A stretch of DNA of 64,000 nt from an uncultured bacterium (GTDB lineage: Bacteria > Zixibacteria > MSB-5A5 > GN15 > FEB-12). The notes under the pieces were generated by a model that saw nothing but the letters and a program-made list of their open reading frames with translations, searched no databases and was not told the origin of the DNA. Location of the stretch: positions 128,001 through 192,000 of the forward strand of contig CBDVDR010000001.1 in the NCBI GenBank assembly GCA_965372795.1, read 5' to 3'. The position numbers and the translations under genes are program-made. Shown here piece by piece: positions 20,500 through 28,014 of this stretch. Each line of letters opens with the position of its first letter. The first letter of the stretch is position 1.

Positions 20500-21000
20500 C
20501 TAATTATGACCATGACCGGAATGATCTTCTTCCATCATCTTGGCTTCCATTTTTTTCAACTCTTCATTAGTGCGATCAGACCAGGCATGAATTTCCTTTT
20601 GAAGTTCAACATTGTCTGAGGTCATAAAACCCAAATACCCATGCTGAGTCTTAACTTCTTCATGAGCAACGCCTTTCATCATCAAACCGCCCATAGCATT
20701 ACACATACCACACATATCCAATTTCTCACCGCTCATTGCTTTTTCACTCACAGCCATCATGTGAGCCCGGACAACTTCGTATGATTCATTCAATTTAGGT
20801 GGAACGGTCGTGATGGTAACAACCCCATTGGCAATATTATAATGTTCCCATCCGAGGTTCGGCAATAATTCAGGATCTGTACTGAGCGATTTGCAAAACT
20901 CGCATTTTTCCATGTCAAACCAGGGACTCTCCTGGGCATTGACAACACTTATCGTCATAACCAAAGCTACGACAACAAACATAGTTAAAAGCTTTTTCAT
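20500..21000 (-). CDS. Secreted Cys/Met/His-rich hypothetical protein
   Basis: Signal peptide (VNA-Q), two CxxC motifs, His-rich tail; AGGAG RBS. Confidence 0.8.
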   Translation of the reverse strand: MKKLLTMFVVVALVMTISVVNAQESPWFDMEKCEFCKSLSTDPELLPNLGWEHYNIANGVVTITTVPPKLNESYEVVRAHMMAVSEKAMSGEKLDMCGMCNAMGGLMMKGVAHEEVKTQHGYLGFMTSDNVELQKEIHAWSDRTNEELKKMEAKMMEEDHSGHGHN

Positions 21001-21160
21001 TTTAGCTCCTGTTTGTAAAGTTAATATTATTCAGTGTGATGTTTGATTTATTTAACAAATTTAACAATCTAAATGTTTTGAGTCAATCACATTTTGAATC
21101 TGTGAAAAGAGACTTTAAAATCATATCAATACTATTACGTGACTAAATATGAATTAATAT

Positions 21161-21195
21161 AAAAAAAATACAGACTTTAACGGTCTGTATTTTTT
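21161..21195 (-). terminator. Terminator downstream of SRP RNA
   Basis: AAAAAAAATACAGAC...GTCTGTATTTTTT perfect hairpin. Confidence 0.8.
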
Positions 21196-21201
21196 AATAT
21201 T

Positions 21202-21466
21202 GTGCACCCACCATCGAACCGCCTCCAGAACAACCTCCAGCCAGCCAGCTCAGATCGGGTAAACCTGCAACACACATAAGAAATTGCTTACCGCTGCTAC
21301 CTCCCGGTCCTCACGGGGTTCACAGGCTTATATTGTACAGGACCCAACCATCAATACCGCTTAACCTTCGTTTGAAACGTCAGCTAAGCCCTCAGGTGGG
21401 AATTCGACCCCGGTAGAGCGGATTCACGGGTTACAGGGCACCGCTAACTCCCCGTCTAGCACTTGC
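21202..21466 (-). ncRNA. ffs: Signal recognition particle RNA, large bacterial type (with Alu domain)
   Basis: 5' GTGCTAGACGGGGAGTTAGCGGTGCCCTGTAACC Alu-domain signature as in Bacillus scRNA; domain IV GAGGACC-GGGA-GGTAGCAG; 3' GGGTGCAC. Confidence 0.93.
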
Positions 21467-21537
21467 TTCGCAAGTCTGATAATTCAGACAATGTTTTCTC
21501 ACAAGTCCAATAATACCATATATGACAACACTTTACA

Positions 21538-21610
21538 TGGAGCAGATGGGGATCGAACCCACGACCTCTACGTTGCGAACGTAGCGCTCTCCCAACTGAG
21601 CTACTGCCCC
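21538..21610 (-). tRNA. tRNA-Ala(CGC)
   Basis: GGGGCAGTAGCTCAGTTGGGAGAGCG, anticodon arm CTACG-TTCGCAA-CGTAG, GGTTCGATCC; CCA not encoded. Confidence 0.96.
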
Positions 21611-21673
21611 GTTATTATCAATTTTGGGGTTGTACTATAACAAAAAATGTAGAATTAACCAAGCTGTTTTTGC

Positions 21674-22261
21674 TTAGAAAACCAAACCACCCCGCAGGAC
21701 AATGATCGGATTGGTCGAAACCTCATAAACTTCCGATCTGCCATAAGGCGCCCCAAAAATCACCAACTCACCCAACACTGCATATTTGGGATCAATAAAA
21801 AATACGATTTCTGTGCCAAGATGATAAGTCAGCAGATTTGCTTTTTTCAAAAATCCCATCTTTGCCAGATAAGCATACCCTAATCCGATAAAAGGTTTAA
21901 TCGCAAATCGCTGACGGGCTTTATTGATAATCCGTTTTAATCGGATATTCAGATCGAGGGCTTTTTCATGTTCATCATACGCATAAATATTCTGGATATT
22001 ACTCTCGAATCCAACCATCAGTTTGCGATTGATCGGGATATCAAAAAATATCCCAACCGATAAACCGGGACTGGTTTCAAAATCGTTGGCATCGGTATCG
22101 GAATCTTTAAGTTTTAGATGAATGGTACTTGAGTTGATGATGCCGGCTTTGAACCCAAACCCGCCTTTAACGATACTTTTATTAAAGGCATAAATCGGAC
22201 TACTAATTAAAATCAGAATTATTATTGCTGTAATTAATAGTATGATTTTTTTTGTCATCAA
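21674..22261 (-). CDS. Outer-membrane beta-barrel protein (8-stranded, PorT/OmpW-like)
   Basis: Signal peptide, FGFKAG first strand, KPFIGLGY, terminal Phe. Confidence 0.75.
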   Translation of the reverse strand: MMTKKIILLITAIIILILISSPIYAFNKSIVKGGFGFKAGIINSSTIHLKLKDSDTDANDFETSPGLSVGIFFDIPINRKLMVGFESNIQNIYAYDEHEKALDLNIRLKRIINKARQRFAIKPFIGLGYAYLAKMGFLKKANLLTYHLGTEIVFFIDPKYAVLGELVIFGAPYGRSEVYEVSTNPIIVLRGGLVF

Positions 22262-22338
22262 AACTCTCGGTTAAATCTTTCTTTGGTCGGTCATAATACA
22301 ATCAGAAATAATTTACTTATAAGACGTAAAAAGTCAAC

Positions 22339-22372
22339 ACACGTTGTGTGATTTAACACGTTGTGTGATTTA
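22339..22372. repeat. 17-bp perfect tandem duplication
   Basis: ACACGTTGTGTGATTTA x2. Confidence 0.9.
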
Positions 22373-22377
22373 TTATT

Positions 22378-22943
22378 CGTGGGCGGCAGACGCCCTCGTC
22401 TGCCCCATACATGTAGTGTTTCTTCGTGGGCGACAGACGTCAACCACAATTCGTGTGCTCGTCTGCCCCACTCTTCGTAGGGAACAGGCATGCCTGTTCC
22501 GTTTCTTTTACATGTTTTTCGCTGTAAATTGTTCTGTAACTGACTTATACAATGAATTGGGTTCGTTTTGTTACTTTTGACATAGTGATGTCTTTGACAC
22601 ATTTCGTGTGGTTTCATGTTCTGTTGGGTCTTGATTTGTCGAAGACAAATTGTGACCCGACAGCATTTCTCTTGAGTAGGTCAGTAGCCCTGCGCTCCTG
22701 ACGAGTTGGCAGGATCACAGGGATCCTGCCCTACTTGAACTTGATTTTGTAGTTATGATTTTGGACATAGCAAACCGTACCTCCTTTTATATAGGGGTGC
22801 AAGACCGCAATCATCAGGAAAAGTGTGGGGAATTTGTAAATTAAAGACGGGTGGCGCCCTCAAACTTGTTTGGGGGTACTGTGGACGGTTCATCCACAAT
22901 TGAATTAATTGAATAGAAACCCACCCCAAGGGGTGGGCTACCC
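22378..22943. repeat. Left cluster of REP-like palindromic elements
   Basis: GTGGGCGGCAGACG..CGTCTGCCCC, GTAGGGAACAGGCATGCCTGTTCC, GTTGGGTC..GACCCGAC, GTAGGTCAG..CTGAC/GGCAGGATC..GATCCTGCCCTAC, AACCCACCCCAAGGGGTGGGCTACCC. Confidence 0.8.
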
Positions 22944-22946
22944 AGC

Positions 22947-25553
22947 TTAAATACTATTTAATTCAATATTCTCTTTTAGTCTTTGCAAATGAAAATTATT
23001 AACATCAAGTTGTAATCCTTTGTTAACATATTCTTTTGCTTTTCCTTTGTCTTTTATATTAAAGGCTAACCACGCAAATCGAGAATAATCTTGCGCGTCC
23101 GCTTCATCTATTCTTGTATCAATAATTCCTAGTAATTCAGGAATCATAATTTGTTTTTCATCCATTCCAATTTTATCAAAGCGTTCTTTAAATAGTGCAT
23201 TACAAGTATTAACAGAATTACTTATGTCACCAAAAGGAATTTTAGGAATTTGACAAAGTTCCAATAAACTATTTATTACTTCATACCAATTCATATTCAT
23301 TTCACATAATCTTGAAATTCTTTTCCATGAATATATTTTATCTGATTTTGAGATATTATCACTCTCAAGAAATCTCATAACTGCATCGATTGAAGCATCA
23401 ATCATATTACATTCTTCGTATAATTCAGAAAGTGTTAACCATGCAGGCGTATAATTTGATGCTAAGAACTCTAATGTTTGTGAGTAATTAGATATTTCTT
23501 CTCCTTTATTACAGACCTTGTCTGCAACATGTTGAAACATACGTTCCACTCTTGGTTTAATTCCATGAATAACATCAGTTTGTTGCGATGTTCCAAAACA
23601 TTGAAGAAATTTAGTGTCTTCTTCAATTTTTCTTTTCAGTGGTGCTATGGGTAGTTTACGTTTTCCAAATATAGAAGCGACCAAAGGGACTGAAATAAAC
23701 TCCATATTGAAACTATCTTTCGAATAACTAATTTCAATAAAAGAACTCTTTGTAAGTTCATCAATCGCAGAAGTTACATCAAGTTTTTCACCTACCGATG
23801 GCTTTAAATATAGGGCTTGTAGGGCAAGCATAGGTATTGATGATCTCCAATTACAAAGAGTAAGGAAAATTCTCTTTGCTGCTTGAGATAATCCTGAAAA
23901 TGTTCTTTCAAACAGTGCTTGAAGAATATCATCTTTTGTTGCAATAATCCTTTTTACCTTTAAAACCTTTTTTTCTTTTGCAACTTCACCTAGAAGGATT
24001 TTAATTACATATGGATGACCCCTCGCTTCCTCTATTAAAGAAGTTTTGTAAGATGAAGTAATAATTTTCTGAATCCCTAATTGCTTGGAGTACCTATCAA
24101 TTAGTTCTTTACATTGTCTATCTGACATTCCACTAACTTCAATAGGATAATCTCCCTTAAATTCTCTTTTTCTTGTAGTAATTAACACTTTATTTGGTAA
24201 TCTAATATTAGTATTGATCCAATTATATGTTTCAATTGGATCTCTAACCGTCTCAAAGTTATCAAATACAAATAAAACTTTTCCTATCTCACTCTTTTGG
24301 AAATAATTCGAAAGGTAACTCAATTGTTTAAATGATTTATCATTTTTTTCTTTTGGATTTAGCAAGTTTACAAATTCTTTTGCTATCTCTTTATTTGAGA
24401 CAGTATGAGGTCTCACGATTTTAGGTCCTGTTTGAAGTAAATCAATGTCTCGTGCACTAAACCAGATTATTACATTAAAATTTGAATGTAAAGCAATGTC
24501 ATGTAATACTGTTAGACCAAGCCATGTTTTGCCAATTCCCCCTCTACCTAAAAGTGTAATCATTGGGTGTCTATCATCAAGCAAACACTTATGAAGCTCT
24601 TCCTCTAACTTATTCCTACAAATGTAATTATTAGGCTTGTCAGGTATGTTTGTAAATGTGTCGCCAATTGTTCTTAAACTTTCCAAGCCCTGCGTTTCAC
24701 TTTTAGGTAGATTTTCAACTGGTGTGAGGTATGGAGAAGAATCTTCTTCTTTTTTATTACCTGAATAATATGAAAGTAATTCAAATTTATTTTCTGTAAA
24801 TCCACCATTCGGAAAATAAAAATCTGATGCATCAGGATCTGAGAAAATTAAATCAATCTTTGTGAATTTATCAGAATAAATATAAAGACCATCTCGAAGA
24901 TTTTGATTTGTACTGTGTTTAAAAATATCAAAACAATCCACATTTTCGGAAATTGATGTTACCCTGTATTTTCTTGATATATTCTGATATAAATACGCCC
25001 ATGGTTTCTTAAAAAGACTTAAATTTTCTACAATTAATTGAATTGATCCTTCAAGTAAATAACATGCTTGGCTGACTTTTGCTACAGTTGGTGCTCCATG
25101 CCCTCTTGTCTTATTTCTTAACACTACAAAATCAATTATCCACTTTTTCAATGGAACTTTTGGCATAGTTTCGAATTGTTTAATATCTAGTAAAAATAGT
25201 ACTTGTTCCAATTTTGCAACTGCTTCAAATTGCCAATCACCTTCTCCGACCTTTTGTGTTATTTCTTTTCTATCATCAATAATTGATGGTTGGATAAATT
25301 GTGAAGCAGGTCCATTTAGGGCATCAAATAGTGCCGCTTCCCAAGCACCAAGACTGCTGGCATGGACTAAATTATACGACAATCTATATCTATGTTTATC
25401 TTTTTCATCTTCGATACACGCAATAATGCTTGCAGTAATTAATTTTGTAATCATTTCTCCAAAATATAATAAATCCAAAAATAATGATGCGTCTGAATCT
25501 TCTCTTGTAATAGAAATTCTTTCCCACATTTTATCAATTGGTCTAAATTGCAT
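22947..25553 (-). CDS. NB-ARC/STAND NTPase with N-terminal HEPN-like motif and C-terminal TPR-like helices; candidate antiviral protein
   Basis: Walker A GRGGIGKT, Walker B VLFVFDNFE, sensor LITTR, GHP motif; N-terminal RNKTRGH; ATG 25553 behind GCGGGGA. Confidence 0.85.
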   Translation of the reverse strand: MQFRPIDKMWERISITREDSDASLFLDLLYFGEMITKLITASIIACIEDEKDKHRYRLSYNLVHASSLGAWEAALFDALNGPASQFIQPSIIDDRKEITQKVGEGDWQFEAVAKLEQVLFLLDIKQFETMPKVPLKKWIIDFVVLRNKTRGHGAPTVAKVSQACYLLEGSIQLIVENLSLFKKPWAYLYQNISRKYRVTSISENVDCFDIFKHSTNQNLRDGLYIYSDKFTKIDLIFSDPDASDFYFPNGGFTENKFELLSYYSGNKKEEDSSPYLTPVENLPKSETQGLESLRTIGDTFTNIPDKPNNYICRNKLEEELHKCLLDDRHPMITLLGRGGIGKTWLGLTVLHDIALHSNFNVIIWFSARDIDLLQTGPKIVRPHTVSNKEIAKEFVNLLNPKEKNDKSFKQLSYLSNYFQKSEIGKVLFVFDNFETVRDPIETYNWINTNIRLPNKVLITTRKREFKGDYPIEVSGMSDRQCKELIDRYSKQLGIQKIITSSYKTSLIEEARGHPYVIKILLGEVAKEKKVLKVKRIIATKDDILQALFERTFSGLSQAAKRIFLTLCNWRSSIPMLALQALYLKPSVGEKLDVTSAIDELTKSSFIEISYSKDSFNMEFISVPLVASIFGKRKLPIAPLKRKIEEDTKFLQCFGTSQQTDVIHGIKPRVERMFQHVADKVCNKGEEISNYSQTLEFLASNYTPAWLTLSELYEECNMIDASIDAVMRFLESDNISKSDKIYSWKRISRLCEMNMNWYEVINSLLELCQIPKIPFGDISNSVNTCNALFKERFDKIGMDEKQIMIPELLGIIDTRIDEADAQDYSRFAWLAFNIKDKGKAKEYVNKGLQLDVNNFHLQRLKENIELNSI

Positions 25554-25591
25554 AGTATTCCCCGCACTGTAAATGTTGTGTAATGTGTTCA

Positions 25592-25620
25592 AATATATGA
25601 TAAATACATCTTTTTGTCAA
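25592..25620 (-). promoter_or_regulatory. Sigma70-type promoter of the NB-ARC gene
   Basis: TTGACA-N17-TATATT on the minus strand. Confidence 0.65.
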
Positions 25621-25666
25621 TATCCACACAACTTCAATGGTGATTACTGATCCGCACCCAATTAAT

Positions 25667-26452
25667 ATGAGACACTATACAAAAAAACAAAAGCTGGCGA
25701 ACCAACGGAACGCCAAAAAATCCACCGGGCCAAAGACGCCCGAGGGTAAAGCAAAATCATCGCAAAATGCGATCAAACACGGCCTCTATGCCAAATCGGT
25801 CATCATCCGCTCGCCCAACTACAACGAAGACCGCAACGAGTACGACCAACTCGCCCAATCACTCTTTGAAGAACTAAAACCCGCAACCCATTTCCAGGAA
25901 ACCCTGGTCATCAAAATCATCAACTGCCTCTGGCGCAGCAAACGGGTCGTAATCGCCGAAACCGCCAAAATCTCTAAACAAATTAACCTTGTTACAAAAA
26001 ACCACGATCCCAAAAATGGGGAGAACGAACTTGTCAACGAAATTGGTATCAATCTGATTCCGACCGATAATTACAGCATTAACCTGATGCGCCATGAAAT
26101 GCGCCTCGACAAACAACTTAACCGTACTTATGAGCTCCTGAAACAACTCCAGAAAACATCCAAACCCAAAAGTAAATCTAAAAGTAACAAAACGAACCCA
26201 TTTAACAATCAAAAGAAAAGTGATAATTTACGTGGGCGGCAGACGTCCTCGTCTGCCCCAAAGGTACGTGGTGGCAGTCAACCACACCATGTGTGCTCGT
26301 CTGCCCCAGAGATAAACACCCCTGAAGTCAGCGATGCACAAATCGTCCGTGATCTGATCAAACTTTCTAAATTACATGACATGGAAATCCTGACCCCGAC
26401 CCCTTTGGAAAAACTAAACAGGATTTCAAAAAACAAGTCTTCACCCTTGTAG
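25667..26452 (+). CDS. Hypothetical protein of the 'ANxxNAxKSTGPKTxEGK...NAxKHGL' family
   Basis: Recognisable N-terminal motif, then helical 'P...E..LV..I....WR..R' region; C-terminus formed partly by in-frame REP-like sequences; alternative start 25637. Confidence 0.75.
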   Translation: MRHYTKKQKLANQRNAKKSTGPKTPEGKAKSSQNAIKHGLYAKSVIIRSPNYNEDRNEYDQLAQSLFEELKPATHFQETLVIKIINCLWRSKRVVIAETAKISKQINLVTKNHDPKNGENELVNEIGINLIPTDNYSINLMRHEMRLDKQLNRTYELLKQLQKTSKPKSKSKSNKTNPFNNQKKSDNLRGRQTSSSAPKVRGGSQPHHVCSSAPEINTPEVSDAQIVRDLIKLSKLHDMEILTPTPLEKLNRISKNKSSPL

Positions 26453-26648
26453 GGCAGAACCCTTTAGTGGTTCTGCCATTCCGTCAGTTGGGCATCCGCC
26501 TTGGCGGACTGACCTACTCAAGAGAATTAATTTGAGAGAGTTGTCTGTATAGATCAGGTCTCGAAGCCAAGAGAGACCTGACCTACGGAACTGAGATTGC
26601 TTCGTCGCTTCACTCCTCGCAATGACATGGGGCAGACGAGCACACGAA
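26231..26648. repeat. Right cluster of REP-like palindromic elements
   Basis: GTGGGCGGCAGACGTCCTCGTCTGCCCCA, GTAGGGCAGAACC..GGTTCTGCC..CTGACCTACTCAAGAGAA, TCAGGTCTC..GAGACCTGACCTAC, GAGATTGCTTCGTCGCTTCACTCCTCGCAATGACA, TGGGGCAGACGAGCACACGAA. Confidence 0.82.
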
Positions 26649-26669
26649 GTGTGTCTGGCTATAAATCCC

Positions 26670-26698
26670 TTGACAAACTGGACAAACTGGGGTAATAT
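26670..26698 (+). promoter_or_regulatory. Sigma70-type promoter
   Basis: TTGACA-N17-TAATAT upstream of GGAGG + GTG start. Confidence 0.55.
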
Positions 26699-26750
26699 TA
26701 AACAGACAACAATATGTTATTCTTCCTATAAAACTTACATGGAGGGAGCC

Positions 26751-27887
26751 GTGAAAATATTATTTCTATCAATTTCAATCTTACTACTAATCGCCTTTTC
26801 TGTTAATGCCCAGACAATTTCCGGTTGCGGTACTTTGGTGCAGGGTTCAGAGTGTGTGCTGATACAAATGGACGGCATCAATCAACTGGTTGCCGCTGAT
26901 AACACCTGCCAATATGTAGTAGGTGATCGGGTCTGTTTTGAAGCGCATTTCATTTTCCCCATTGTTCCAGTATGCGGTGGTGAAGGTGTTCCCGTCGTAA
27001 TTGATTATATTGAGGGCTGCACAGTCAGCTATGAAAACTGCGGTGTTCTTGGACAGGGCGTTGAAGGCTGCGTGACAATCAGCACCGATGATGGCCATGT
27101 CTATATGGTTTTTGGTGATGTTGGAAATTACCAATCGGGTGATTATGTCAAAGTTTCCGGAGGGCTTGATTTGTCATGCACAACAACCTGCATGGCGGGT
27201 GAAGGCTGTTTATATCTGGATTCAATTCAAAGCTGTTCGCCGTATGATGCGACCGTATGCGGAACTCTGGTTCAGGGTAACAATTGTGTATTGTTGCAAA
27301 CCGATGACAACTCGCTTGTTTATCTTGATTATTTCTGCGGTGAGGTCGGCGATTATGTTTGTGCCTCGGGGTCCTATTCGATACTGACCGTTACCCCATG
27401 TGAAGGCGAAGAAGATATGGTTATGAATGTTGAATATATGGATTGTTTTGACATGGTTGATTATTGCGGTAGGGTTGAAGTCGGTTTTGAATGTACTATG
27501 TTCATACCTGTCGATTCGTCATCCTTCTTCCCTTATGTGCTCGACAATTATTTTGGACATGAAGACGGCGATATTTTCCGTGCCAAAGGTTATATTGTCC
27601 CAACTGATTACTGGGTCTGTATGGGTTTTCAATGGATCATCCATGTGACATCGATTTCAGAGTGCGGATGTGTGGGGATGCGTGGAAATTGTGATGGTGA
27701 TATGGCTGATGAAATCACAATCAGCGATCTGACCTTTCTGGTTGAATATCTCTTTTTAAATGGTGAGGCACCGATAAATATGGATGAAGCGGATATTGAT
27801 GGATCAGGAGAAATTTTAATTACCGATATAACCTATCTGGTTAATTATATGTTCTTAAATGGAGATTCTCCGGCTTCATGCCCATAA
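26751..27887 (+). CDS. Secreted Cys-rich protein with four ~70-aa repeats and C-terminal dockerin-like domain
   Basis: Signal peptide from GTG 26751; repeats CG.L.QG..C....D.....GD.V...G; C-terminal CVGMRGN..TISDLTFLVEYLF..ITDITYLVNYMF. Confidence 0.85.
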   Translation: MKILFLSISILLLIAFSVNAQTISGCGTLVQGSECVLIQMDGINQLVAADNTCQYVVGDRVCFEAHFIFPIVPVCGGEGVPVVIDYIEGCTVSYENCGVLGQGVEGCVTISTDDGHVYMVFGDVGNYQSGDYVKVSGGLDLSCTTTCMAGEGCLYLDSIQSCSPYDATVCGTLVQGNNCVLLQTDDNSLVYLDYFCGEVGDYVCASGSYSILTVTPCEGEEDMVMNVEYMDCFDMVDYCGRVEVGFECTMFIPVDSSSFFPYVLDNYFGHEDGDIFRAKGYIVPTDYWVCMGFQWIIHVTSISECGCVGMRGNCDGDMADEITISDLTFLVEYLFLNGEAPINMDEADIDGSGEILITDITYLVNYMFLNGDSPASCP

Positions 27888-27918
27888 GATAGAAATCTGA
27901 CAGTAAATATAAATCCTT

Positions 27919-27952
27919 AAGGCAGGTCTTCCCCGGGCTTGCCTTTATTTTT
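27919..27952 (+). terminator. Intrinsic terminator
   Basis: AAGGCAGGTC..GGCTTGCCTT followed by T-rich tract. Confidence 0.65.
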
Positions 27953-28014
27953 AATTTAAAAAAACTGTAAAATATGATTTTACCTTTGAGCTTTATTTGC
28001 TATATTATTCAGCT

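Noticed and set aside
22378..22502. Possible mini-CRISPR array
   Set aside because: Repeats are non-identical, irregularly spaced, occur in both orientations, and no cas genes are present; better explained as REP-like elements
22291..22617. ORFs 22291..22617(-) and 22344..22580(+)
   Set aside because: Largely translations of REP and tandem-repeat DNA
26622..26750. N-terminal extension of the Cys-rich protein
   Set aside because: Begins in a REP and spans the promoter; GTG 26751 has an SD and a signal peptide
21538..27900. Prophage or integrative island at tRNA-Ala
   Set aside because: The tRNA 3' end faces away from the patch, I saw no duplicated tRNA 3' end, and there is no integrase or phage gene
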